Virus record (IMG/VR): IMGVR_UViG_3300032087_002691
Coordinates: 1-58,510 of that record
DNA from: a virus
Taxonomy: Duplodnaviria > Caudoviricetes
Reading direction: 5' to 3' (one strand)
Length of the DNA: 58,510 nt
Notes under the pieces: model-generated
What the model was told of the DNA's origin: nothing
Databases searched by the model: none
Seen by the model: only the letters and a program-made list of their open reading frames with translations
Shown here: piece after piece, positions 45,303-54,311 of the stretch
Position numbering within the stretch: the stretch's first letter is position 1
Layout: each line of letters begins with the position of its first letter
Translations under genes and position numbers: made by a program

Positions 45303-48113
45303 ATGGCAAACAAAAGACTATCACAACTCTTTATGGGGCTCGGTCAAGCACCTAGAAGAAAATATTTCTATGTAGGTGGGGAGATGGACCCTATGATGGA
45401 CCCCTCTATGGGCGACCCAACGGACCCCACAAAGCCGTCAACTAATGGTGACGGCGACCCTAAGAAACCAGCTAACGGCGAGACGGAACCGACGGATGGC
45501 GTGGTAACGGTTCAAAGACTACCAAGGTCAGAACAGAGACGTTTGACGTGGCCTATGACGCAGCCCGTAACATACGAGGGTACAAACATTGTTTCTGCTG
45601 AGGGGATGCAGCGACGCCCAGAGGAGTCGGACAGGGAGTATGAGCTCCGCATGCAAAACAGCAATATGCTTGGCGGTAAGAGTCTTCATTTGCCACGTGA
45701 GGGTGGTTATACCGAGGAGTCGGCACGAGTTCGTTACGAACCTAACGTAGGCATGATACAGGCCGAGACTGCTGGCAATATCGCTGCATACAATAAAGAC
45801 CACTCCCTCCTCTCCTCCGAATTGACAGAAGACGAGTTCAACAGAGTTGCTGCAAGTCCGTTTGCAAAAAACTATCTTCAAAAGGAGGGCGAGCCATTGA
45901 CGAGGGAAAATATTGCTGACAGATATCTTGAGTATACTTATCGTGTAAATGAGCTCTTTGATTTCAAAGACGACCCAGAAAAGAGGCAGAATCTTTTAAA
46001 TAAGATTGACTCCATGGCGGCGGATAACGCTAACTTCGCAACGAAGCTTGAGGGTCTTAGTGAGGATAGAAGGCTTGAGGTGACTAAGGATATGATGACC
46101 GATGGGAAGATTGGTGACTTCCATGGGGCTATACTAGACGATGAGGGTATATGGAGAGACACTCATTACTTTAAAGCCACGCCTTTTGACCCAAATTTCG
46201 TCGGTGACCAAAAAAAGTCTCCTTTTGTTGCGGATGCATGGATGCTATTTGGTGAGATTCCGCAGAGTGCAAACGTGATTTATGGTGTAGGGAACAGAGG
46301 GCTCCAGCCTAAAGACTTTGCTCAAGCATACAGCATGATGAAGGAGGAAGGTTTGGACCCAACAAATCCAGACCAGGAGGAAGAAGTGAAAGACTGGTAT
46401 GCGTCGAAATTCGATGAGGGGGTATTTAAGCCAATGAACATGAGGCTAGAGTACGGCCCAGGTGGCTCTAAGGGAGGAAACAGGATGGGTGGTGTAGCGA
46501 GTTTGGAACGAAGCCCATACAACGAGTTCCTGAATCAACTAGCATCGGAATACATAAGGAGCCCAGAAGCACGGGCCGCTGGTCAATATTACACGCCTGC
46601 AAAAGGTTTCGAAGGGAATCTTGATTACATGAGGGGTAATTTTCAGCTTGCAGGTAACCTTGATGATTCTCAAAGAGGTTTCGAAGGGATGCCGTCGCAA
46701 CAGAGCTTTGTTGTTTACAAAGACGACGGCGTACCAGACCGATTTGTTAATCAAGCAGAATATCTGTCTAAGAGATTATACGGGGAGATGGGTATTGAAT
46801 CCGACCCAGAAACCATTCAAAGAATGCTTGACAGTGAGGGGGGTATTGAGGAGCTTAGTAGGCAAACTGGCATTGAACTCCGTAACCTCAACTATATGTT
46901 GCAGGATGAATATGAAAAGGATAGACAAGAAGCTGGTAGAATTATACTTGATGATTTTATGGGGGCACGGTACGGTAGTCAAGCAAACGATATGTTTTTG
47001 ACTGCCGCTGGGGCTGAGAGAACATATTTTACAAGAAACCCCGATAAATCCAGCGCTAGATATCTTGTTCCAGGAGACTTTGATTTATCACCAGGAACGA
47101 AGGTTGCAATGGGCGGAGAGCAATTTCCTCTTCTCCGCACCGACGCGAGGACTGGAGACGACACGTTTTATAACACTGCGATGATAGTCAACAAGCAAAG
47201 CTTTCCTGGGGCTTTTACCTCACTAGCTGAAAGCCCGTGGTACTATATGCAGACTGAAGCTGGGCAAAAGCGTTTGACGAGAGCAATGAGTGAGAAAGAG
47301 CAAGAAGCAACCGAGGCCGAGGCTAGGCAAGCGTTCCTTGAGCAAGTTCCAGAAGAAGACAAGGCAGCTGCTGAAAAATTTGTCGACAGCGACCGCCCAT
47401 GGAAGCAACAGTTGAGGGTATCTGTTACGGGCGACGACGAGGAGAGTAGGTTTTATAACAACTGGCTTTCAGAGAAGGGTATCCAACCTTATAACTTGGA
47501 GAGAGAAGACTACGACCAGCTTAAGAAAGACTATGGTACTTACCTGGAGTCAGGTGTTGGTGCAGATGAGGACCAATCATCAAACATATCATATAAAGAG
47601 AAGCAAAATATTCTTGGAGAAGTCGCTGAGAAATTCGTTACTTATTCTGACTTAAGTAAAAGAAAGCAGGAAAAATCTACTAAGGCTCTTAGCGTTCCAG
47701 AGGTGCAGAAAAAACTTTCAAGCGGTGAGTGGACATTAGAGGATGTAAAGAAATACTTAAACGAGCCTGTCGAATATGATTATAAACCAACGAGGCTCGA
47801 TAAAGACTTTACTGAACCGACAAGAAAGTTTGCCAACCCGCCAGCACAGACGGGGTCGTCGACTTCCTCTTTCGCAGGAGGAGGAAAGGTCTATGCCTTC
47901 GGTGGTGTTATGGACAGTGTAGACGAATCAATGCCATCTACAGGCAGGGTTATAGATATGAGAGACATGTCTCCTAATGGAAAGTTGAAAAGACTGTTTG
48001 GAGCAATGAGAGCTGAGAGAGGGATGCGTATCCCTACCGAAGCAGGTGACCTCATGAACTTTATCGATAGCCTCAACAAAAGGTTTGTTAAGCCTAGAGG
48101 CGGGATGAGATAA
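45303..48113 (+). CDS. Large acidic putative virion cargo protein
   Basis: 936 aa flanked by (Y/F)xxGG motifs. Own TATATTTG-CCGT-ATG promoter; terminator after the stop. Confidence 0.7.
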   Translation: MANKRLSQLFMGLGQAPRRKYFYVGGEMDPMMDPSMGDPTDPTKPSTNGDGDPKKPANGETEPTDGVVTVQRLPRSEQRRLTWPMTQPVTYEGTNIVSAEGMQRRPEESDREYELRMQNSNMLGGKSLHLPREGGYTEESARVRYEPNVGMIQAETAGNIAAYNKDHSLLSSELTEDEFNRVAASPFAKNYLQKEGEPLTRENIADRYLEYTYRVNELFDFKDDPEKRQNLLNKIDSMAADNANFATKLEGLSEDRRLEVTKDMMTDGKIGDFHGAILDDEGIWRDTHYFKATPFDPNFVGDQKKSPFVADAWMLFGEIPQSANVIYGVGNRGLQPKDFAQAYSMMKEEGLDPTNPDQEEEVKDWYASKFDEGVFKPMNMRLEYGPGGSKGGNRMGGVASLERSPYNEFLNQLASEYIRSPEARAAGQYYTPAKGFEGNLDYMRGNFQLAGNLDDSQRGFEGMPSQQSFVVYKDDGVPDRFVNQAEYLSKRLYGEMGIESDPETIQRMLDSEGGIEELSRQTGIELRNLNYMLQDEYEKDRQEAGRIILDDFMGARYGSQANDMFLTAAGAERTYFTRNPDKSSARYLVPGDFDLSPGTKVAMGGEQFPLLRTDARTGDDTFYNTAMIVNKQSFPGAFTSLAESPWYYMQTEAGQKRLTRAMSEKEQEATEAEARQAFLEQVPEEDKAAAEKFVDSDRPWKQQLRVSVTGDDEESRFYNNWLSEKGIQPYNLEREDYDQLKKDYGTYLESGVGADEDQSSNISYKEKQNILGEVAEKFVTYSDLSKRKQEKSTKALSVPEVQKKLSSGEWTLEDVKKYLNEPVEYDYKPTRLDKDFTEPTRKFANPPAQTGSSTSSFAGGGKVYAFGGVMDSVDESMPSTGRVIDMRDMSPNGKLKRLFGAMRAERGMRIPTEAGDLMNFIDSLNKRFVKPRGGMR

Positions 48114-48133
48114 TCATCTAAACATAGTGTAAT

Positions 48134-48163
48134 AAAGAAAGCCCCTTTCGGGGCTTTTCTTTT
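48134..48163. terminator. Bidirectional rho-independent terminator
   Basis: aaagaaagcccc-tttc-ggggcttttcttt between convergent genes. Confidence 0.9.
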
Positions 48164-48668
48164 ACTTAACCCATCCTGCTGGCGGAGTTTCACATCCGTG
48201 ATTTACACAGAAGAAAACGGGGTCAGTGTCAGAAATCTCAACCCCAACTACTGGCGCACTATTGATAGGGTTGGGTAGTCTAAGACCACCACCATTGTGA
48301 AACGCTGCCCTTTCAATTTGAGCAACAGTGCTACCTATCAGCTCTCCCGTTTGAGCGTGAACCAGTCGTATGTGGTAGAACCCCCAGTTCTCATACCCCT
48401 CCTCAACCATAAACTCTAGCACCCATTCTCCGTCATACTGACTAGCCTGCGCGGAGTGCTTATCGATAGACGCCTGAATTTCTTCCTCCGTCATACGCTC
48501 GTGGTAGTCCTTATCCCACCAGTAAGGAGAGTACTTAACGTCCTTCCATACTTCCCACTTGACGGCTGCGAGACTATCAACCTTGACGCCTACACACGCC
48601 CTAATGAGAACCTGTGAGAATGATGTGGCTGCTACAAGCAGCAGGGGGATGACAATTAACTTCTTCAT
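48162..48668 (-). CDS. Secreted/periplasmic protein (moron-like)
   Basis: Signal peptide MKKLIVIPLLLVAATSFS-Q. Own early-type promoter and terminator. Confidence 0.75.
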   Translation of the reverse strand: MKKLIVIPLLLVAATSFSQVLIRACVGVKVDSLAAVKWEVWKDVKYSPYWWDKDYHERMTEEEIQASIDKHSAQASQYDGEWVLEFMVEEGYENWGFYHIRLVHAQTGELIGSTVAQIERAAFHNGGGLRLPNPINSAPVVGVEISDTDPVFFCVNHGCETPPAGWVK

Positions 48669-48713
48669 GGTGAATATGAATTTATTAGATTTGTGGTTTG
48701 TTTCTGTCTCTAT

Positions 48714-48739
48714 AACGACGGCAGATTTTGGATATTGTG
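48714..48739 (-). promoter_or_regulatory. Early-type promoter CACAATA-N15-CGTT outside the early arm
   Basis: GCACAATATCC...CGTTATA, matching the copy at 43193-43219. Confidence 0.75.
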
Positions 48740-48754
48740 CAAACTAGTGTTAAA

Positions 48755-49363
48755 ATGGAATTTAACAGACGCAGACCAAAGATGTACTACTCGTTCTCAG
48801 ATGGCGGTGTAGTTGATATGACTATAGGTGTCGCCTCACCAAACTATGAGGAAAGCGATGGTGGACCGATAGACTTGCAGGAGATGATTAGAAGACAGAT
48901 GGCTGCGGAGTCGTCACTTATCCCAGGACAGAAGTCTCACGCTGGCGCCGTAGGTCTAGCTCAGTTTACGCCCATAGCTCAGAAGGAGGTGGTGAGGCTA
49001 GGTATCATGGGCGAGGGCTGGAACCCTGAAGACCCTACTCAGGCGAGGGATGCTATGACTGGATACATGGAGTATCTGTACGACAGGCCGTGGGTCAACG
49101 CCGAGAACAGCGACCCTATGGTTGCGTGGGCCAAAGCGCTGTATGCTTATAACGCAGGAACTGGTACGGCGGTCAAAAGCCTCAACGAGCTAAAGGAAAA
49201 GGGATACGATATCTACAACAGTCTCGACTGGATTAATGAAATCAACGACGAGAGCCGTGGCTATATAGAGAAGGTCAACTTCATGGATACCGAGGCGGGC
49301 CGTCAGTTCCAAAGTGACTGGCCTACTTATGAGAAGCGCTGGACGCAGATTTACGGGGAGTAA
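48755..49363 (+). CDS. Lytic transglycosylase (SLT family)
   Basis: AAESS...SHAGAVGLAQF.P...AYNAG...ESRGYIEKV. Start (48755 or 48782) is uncertain. Confidence 0.9.
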   Translation: MEFNRRRPKMYYSFSDGGVVDMTIGVASPNYEESDGGPIDLQEMIRRQMAAESSLIPGQKSHAGAVGLAQFTPIAQKEVVRLGIMGEGWNPEDPTQARDAMTGYMEYLYDRPWVNAENSDPMVAWAKALYAYNAGTGTAVKSLNELKEKGYDIYNSLDWINEINDESRGYIEKVNFMDTEAGRQFQSDWPTYEKRWTQIYGE

Positions 49364-49796
49364 TCTTTATCACCTCCTCGCCCTGGAGCTTCCTGTAGAA
49401 CCGCTGCACTATAAGTCTAGCTTTCTGAGTCATTTGATATCTAGCCCTGTAGTTCTTCTTGCTGAAGTCCAGGAAGGCTAGTTGCTCCATAGTTATCTTA
49501 TCTAGGTCACTCTTATAGTATACCCTCTCCACCATGTCCTTCTTCATCAGCGGCATGATGACCCTCTCGTAAAACTTAAGGACGTTCTGGTGCAATGCCT
49601 CGGCTATATGTCTGCGTGTAAAGAACTCGTAGTCATACATAAACAGCATAGACTCTAGCTCGTTCTCTGTGATGCCGTGCCTGTCACACACATCGCGTTT
49701 AGCCAACTTGTAGTACTTAAGATAGTTGTTGTTGACGTACCTGTCGTTGAGCATCGAGAACTCTCGAAACTTCCTTCCTTTATGCGTTCTGCTCAT
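49323..49796 (-). CDS. Winged-helix (MarR-like) DNA-binding protein
   Basis: GITENELE.MLF.YD..FFTR...PL.KK...Y.MTQKAR..V. Start reassigned to MSRTHKG. Confidence 0.65.
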   Translation of the reverse strand: MSRTHKGRKFREFSMLNDRYVNNNYLKYYKLAKRDVCDRHGITENELESMLFMYDYEFFTRRHIAEALHQNVLKFYERVIMPLMKKDMVERVYYKSDLDKITMEQLAFLDFSKKNYRARYQMTQKARLIVQRFYRKLQGEEVIKITPRKSASSASHK

Positions 49797-49827
49797 TGAA
49801 GTATATTTGTGATGTAAAATTAAAGAC

Positions 49828-50760
49828 ATGGCATCTCTTAGTGCAACCAAGGTAAAGGACACATATGTAGGTCTTCTTAAGACCACTGATAATACGGGTA
49901 TAACCTCAACCCTCAAAAGAGTCACTGACGGAGCTGGCTCAGATACGGGGCTGTACCTTTCTGATGCCAAGGCCAAGGTTGATGCGTTGGAGATTGTGTC
50001 TGTATCACAAGACAACACTAGAACGAAGTTTTTAAACTGGGATGCGTCTGACGGTGTTGTAGGGTACTATGATTTTACAGCGTCTGACCCTGCGGTGTCC
50101 GCATCTGAATCTAGTGGTGATGTGACGATTACTACGGGGACAAATGCTGCAAATACGTTTACGCTCATTAGCGGGACAAACATTACCCTTTCACTCTCTG
50201 GCACGGATGTAACCATTGATGCGGCAACTGGTTTTGACGACTGGTTCTATACCTCGTACAACACTAGTTCATCATCTTCCAACACTCTGACGTCGGCTCA
50301 GTCTGGATTAACCATTGACCTTGCTTTCACAAGCAATGGAGATAGTGTAGTAACTCTACCCACGGCAGCGGCTGGACTTAGGTATACGTTTGTTGTTTCA
50401 GATGATACCGACGATAGGGGGAGCTTTAAGATTAAGTGTGGTGCTTCAGACGTCTTTGCTGGTGGCTTGGCATTCACGAATAATGGTGTGAGAGACAGCG
50501 TCACGGAAGCTAATAACAGAACACCGTACACCATGCATGAGTCACCAGCAAGTGCTGATAATCAAATACTTCTAGACCCAGACGCGGTGTCATCTGGTGG
50601 CAAGGCGGGTACTTGGATTACATGCGTTGCTATTAGTGATAGCACTTGGTTTGTTAATGGCCACGTATTCCAAGAGAAAACATACACCGAGTTTGTTGGT
50701 GGTAGCACCGACCAGCCTGGTATGCCAGACACCGTCTCAGACCTCTTCTCGGAAGTTTAA
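49828..50760 (+). CDS. Fibre/decoration-type structural protein
   Basis: L....VKDTY.GLLK N-terminal anchor, SGTNITLS, VTLPTAAAGLRYTF motifs. TATATTTG at 49802. Confidence 0.65.
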   Translation: MASLSATKVKDTYVGLLKTTDNTGITSTLKRVTDGAGSDTGLYLSDAKAKVDALEIVSVSQDNTRTKFLNWDASDGVVGYYDFTASDPAVSASESSGDVTITTGTNAANTFTLISGTNITLSLSGTDVTIDAATGFDDWFYTSYNTSSSSSNTLTSAQSGLTIDLAFTSNGDSVVTLPTAAAGLRYTFVVSDDTDDRGSFKIKCGASDVFAGGLAFTNNGVRDSVTEANNRTPYTMHESPASADNQILLDPDAVSSGGKAGTWITCVAISDSTWFVNGHVFQEKTYTEFVGGSTDQPGMPDTVSDLFSEV

Positions 50761-50779
50761 TAATGATTAAATTAGGGAC

Positions 50780-51058
50780 ATGGACGACATTCTTAAAAAA
50801 ACCATGTTCGAAGAGATTGACGCTGCCTTCGAGCAAATCGAAGAGATAGTGCAGAAGTACAACATGTCTAGCAACATCGTGTATATGGGTTGCGTAGGTG
50901 TGTGCGAAGAGATTGAGGAGGACACTCACGAGTGGCAGGTCAAGTATACCTGGAACGTAAAAGACACAAACGAGCTTGAGGAAGTCGTTCAACTTCAGGT
51001 AGAGGCTTATATGAAGACCCTCCCTGACGACCCCCTCGACTTCCTATATTTAAATTGA
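50780..51058 (+). CDS. Acidic hypothetical protein
   Basis: 92 aa; preceded by TAAATTAG-GGAC-ATG. Confidence 0.7.
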   Translation: MDDILKKTMFEEIDAAFEQIEEIVQKYNMSSNIVYMGCVGVCEEIEEDTHEWQVKYTWNVKDTNELEEVVQLQVEAYMKTLPDDPLDFLYLN

Positions 51059-51059
51059 T

Positions 51060-51296
51060 ATGAACCTTATTAGAAAGATTGTCGTTGGGCCAAACCCCAA
51101 GGACGCGATGGCCTATTACGTGGGCATGAGGGCGGGTAATGGAAAGGTGTCCGCCATAGTTGAAGACGAAAGAGCTCTATTTAAATACAGCGTTCGCAGA
51201 TACAACGTATTCATTGAAGACAAGGATTCTACCTATATTTGGAAAACGGTTGAGAACCAACCTGTCTTAGTTGAATACGATTGTAATTTTGAATGA
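51060..51296 (+). CDS. Conserved hypothetical protein upstream of the GroES-like gene
   Basis: IRKI.VG...KDAM.YYVG...WK......P..VEYD pattern. Confidence 0.7.
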   Translation: MNLIRKIVVGPNPKDAMAYYVGMRAGNGKVSAIVEDERALFKYSVRRYNVFIEDKDSTYIWKTVENQPVLVEYDCNFE

Positions 51297-51874
51297 AAGC
51301 TTTGAATCACTTCGTCGTGAAGGTGGACAAACCCTTCAACGACACTGTAGAGCTGGGCGATAAGTCCATCTACCTCGACTCCAAGTGGAACGAATTTGAG
51401 AACCGTATCTGCTACGGAGAGATAGAGTCGCCACCGAGCAGGCACAATACGGGAGCTAAGAAGGGTGACACCCTATTCTTCCACCATCACGTAACCACTA
51501 CGGATAACCTCAGAATCTACGACAACCTATATGTAGCCAGCTATGGAGGTTGGAAGCCTCACGCTATTGCCTACAGACGCAAGAGTGATGGCGAGATAGT
51601 TATGCTTGGCAACTGGATTTTTGTAGAGCCTTCAAAAGTTAAGAAGGAGGATAGTGTAACCGAATCAGGTATAGTTAAGCAGTTGGGCATCAACGTCAAG
51701 GACAGAGATGTGGCTAAGGTTATTGCACCAACAGAGTATATGATAGAGCAGGGCGTCAAGGCTGGCGACATCGTTGGCTTCACGAAAGATGCCGATTACA
51801 AGATGACTCTAGACGACGGCAGCGTCGTTTACAGGATGGCTGAAGACAACCTGTTGTATGTCGAGGAAGGTTAA
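51293..51874 (+). CDS. GroES-like co-chaperonin (two GroES-like units)
   Basis: LGNWIFVEP...TESGIV...GVKAGDIVGF, plus a degenerate N-terminal unit (K.GDTLFFHH). Confidence 0.7.
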   Translation: MKALNHFVVKVDKPFNDTVELGDKSIYLDSKWNEFENRICYGEIESPPSRHNTGAKKGDTLFFHHHVTTTDNLRIYDNLYVASYGGWKPHAIAYRRKSDGEIVMLGNWIFVEPSKVKKEDSVTESGIVKQLGINVKDRDVAKVIAPTEYMIEQGVKAGDIVGFTKDADYKMTLDDGSVVYRMAEDNLLYVEEG

Positions 51875-52151
51875 GTTCACGACGATTGAGGCTTCATCAC
51901 GCCTCATGGAGTCTATGGCTATCGCAATCAATAACATGATTGAGGAGATTAAAAAGCCTGTGGACCCTGAGGTGAATGGCAGCGCTCGTAAGGCAGAGCT
52001 CCAGTCTATCAAGCAGACAGCGGTAGACTGCAAGGAGCTTATTGTAGAACGTCAAAGGCTAGAGCAGATGGTTAAAGACCTAAAACAAAACGGAGAAATA
52101 GAATCCGATAAGGACTACTCTAGTGGCTTTGCAGAACGGTTCAGCAAATAA
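51858..52151 (+). CDS. Putative terminase small subunit
   Basis: Helical 97 aa ending GFAERFSK, coupled to TerL. Confidence 0.65.
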   Translation: MSRKVKFTTIEASSRLMESMAIAINNMIEEIKKPVDPEVNGSARKAELQSIKQTAVDCKELIVERQRLEQMVKDLKQNGEIESDKDYSSGFAERFSK

Positions 52152-54262
52152 TGTCTCTTGTATATAGAAAAGATGAGGAGGTTCTTATTTCAATTTGCCC
52201 CAACGGTACGAAAGGAGAAACTGTCGAACTTGCGGGGCTATTCATTCTTCTTCCCGCTCAGCCTCCCGAAGAGGAAATTATCGGATATGGCAAGCCAGAC
52301 GACATGCAGCTGTGGGAAAGGGCACCTGTGCCAGCAGAGATGTCTAGGATTAAGTCTATGGATGAGTGGGGAGAGATGCCAAGGGAGTTTAGAGAGAAGT
52401 TTCATCCATATATCGAAGAGGAGTTTCGCCGTAGGCGTGAGGGCCTTTGGTTTTTCAATAAAGGTATTCCTACATATATTACGGGCAGGCACTACATGAT
52501 GCTTCAGTGGACTAAGCTCGATGTCGGATACCCTGACTATCTAGCTTTCCAGAGAGACATCTTCTTACACATGGCGGCCTGCGAGGCCGACCCTCGTTGC
52601 ATGGGGCAACTGTACACAAAGTGTAGGCGTAGTGGCTACACAAATATCTGCTCTTCAGTGCTTCTCGACGAAGCAACGCAGATAAAAGACAAGCTCTTGG
52701 GTATCCAGTCTAAGACAGGTAAGGACGCCCAGGAAAATATATTCATGAAGAAGGTGGTTCAGATGTTTAGGCATTACCCCTTCTTCTTTAAACCCATTCA
52801 GGATGGTACCACTAACCCACGCATGGAGCTGGCTTTTCGCGAGCCGTCTAAGAGAATCACGAAGAACAATAAGACTGCGCAGAAGGGCGAGGCTCTCAAT
52901 ACGGTAATTAACTGGAAGAACACCACCAACAACGCATATGACGGTGAGAAGCTCCACATGCTTTACCTCGACGAGGCAGGCAAATGGGAGAAGCCGACAG
53001 ACATACGCGAAGCATGGCGCATCGAGAGGACGTGTCTTATTGTAGGTAGAAAGATTATCGGTAAGGCTCTGGTGGGCTCTACCGTAAACCCTATGGACAA
53101 GGGGGGCACCCAGTTCAAGCAGTTGTGGGATGACTCTGATGTATCCAAGCGCAACGCTAATGGGAGAACTGTGTCTGGTCTATATCGCATATTTATCCCA
53201 GCATATGATGCCCTAGAGGGATTCTTTGATAAGTACGGTAATCCTATCGTAGAAACTGATGAGCCAGTAGAGGCTATGGACGGGGAGTTTATGCAGTTCG
53301 GTGCTAAGAGGTTTCTTAAGAACGAGCGCGACGCATTGAAGCATGACGCCAGAGAGCTCAACGAATTCATACGTCAGTTCCCGTTTACTACCGATGAGGC
53401 GTTTAGAGATTCTGTAGAGGGCAGCCTCTTCAATATCGGTAAGATATACGAGCAGATAGAGCACAACGACAACATGTATCCAAGCCCTATTGTGAAAGGA
53501 AACTTCGTTTGGGCGGGCGGGGTGCAGGACAGTAAGGTCGTGTTTCAACCGAGCTCACAGGGTAGGTGGCATATTGCATGGATGCCCGACATAAACAACA
53601 GAAGCGTTATCGTAGAGGAGAGGGGTAAGAAGGTCCCGCCTAATGCCGACATGGGGTGCGGGGGTGTTGACTCCTACGACATTGACGCTACGGTAGATGT
53701 GTCGCGGGGCTCTAAGGGAGCCTGCCATATGTACAATAAATTCAACCTTAACGGTGCAGGCAATATGTTTGTTGCTGAGTATGCCAGCCGCCCACCCCTA
53801 GCTAAGATATTCTATGAGGATGTGCTTATGGCTGCCGTGTTCTATGGGTACCCTCTGCTTATAGAGAACAACAAGTACGGAATCGTAAGGTACTTTGAGT
53901 CAAGGGGTTACGACGGGTATGTGATGGATAGACCTGAGCATCTTAGGAATAATAGCTCATCGTCAAACGTCAAGACAAAAGGTATCCCATCTAACTCTCA
54001 AGACGTCATACACGCTCACGCTCAAGCCATTGAGGATTACATACACAACCACGTAGGGCTTGATGAGGACGGTAATATTGGGAGCATGTATTTCAACAGG
54101 ACGCTAGAGGACTGGGTCGGTTTTAAGATTGACAACAGAACCAAGTTTGACTTGACGATAAGTGCGGGCCTAGCCCTGCTTGCTGCTCAAAAGGTGAAGA
54201 AAAAGAAGAAGGTCTCGAACTTCGAAGACAAGGTCTTTTTTAGGCGATACTCTATGCGATAA
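52151..54262 (+). CDS. terL: Terminase large subunit
   Basis: YITG.HY..LQW, K.RRSGYT (Walker A variant), LYLDEAGKW (Walker B), GVDSYD nuclease motif, LIENNK. Confidence 0.93.
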   Translation: MSLVYRKDEEVLISICPNGTKGETVELAGLFILLPAQPPEEEIIGYGKPDDMQLWERAPVPAEMSRIKSMDEWGEMPREFREKFHPYIEEEFRRRREGLWFFNKGIPTYITGRHYMMLQWTKLDVGYPDYLAFQRDIFLHMAACEADPRCMGQLYTKCRRSGYTNICSSVLLDEATQIKDKLLGIQSKTGKDAQENIFMKKVVQMFRHYPFFFKPIQDGTTNPRMELAFREPSKRITKNNKTAQKGEALNTVINWKNTTNNAYDGEKLHMLYLDEAGKWEKPTDIREAWRIERTCLIVGRKIIGKALVGSTVNPMDKGGTQFKQLWDDSDVSKRNANGRTVSGLYRIFIPAYDALEGFFDKYGNPIVETDEPVEAMDGEFMQFGAKRFLKNERDALKHDARELNEFIRQFPFTTDEAFRDSVEGSLFNIGKIYEQIEHNDNMYPSPIVKGNFVWAGGVQDSKVVFQPSSQGRWHIAWMPDINNRSVIVEERGKKVPPNADMGCGGVDSYDIDATVDVSRGSKGACHMYNKFNLNGAGNMFVAEYASRPPLAKIFYEDVLMAAVFYGYPLLIENNKYGIVRYFESRGYDGYVMDRPEHLRNNSSSSNVKTKGIPSNSQDVIHAHAQAIEDYIHNHVGLDEDGNIGSMYFNRTLEDWVGFKIDNRTKFDLTISAGLALLAAQKVKKKKKVSNFEDKVFFRRYSMR

Positions 54263-54282
54263 ACGGTCATTCGTAGTATTGC

Positions 54283-54290
54283 TATATTTG
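54283..54290 (+). promoter_or_regulatory. TATATTTG -7 element for the portal gene
   Basis: In the TerL-portal intergenic gap, 21 nt before ATG 54312. Confidence 0.7.
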
Positions 54291-54311
54291 CGTGAGCCCA
54301 AATAGCAATCA

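Noticed and set aside
49797-50018. Long N-terminal extension of the winged-helix ORF overlapping ORF 49828
   Set aside because: It is the antisense shadow of the structural gene. ATG 49796 gives a compact, non-overlapping divergent arrangement.
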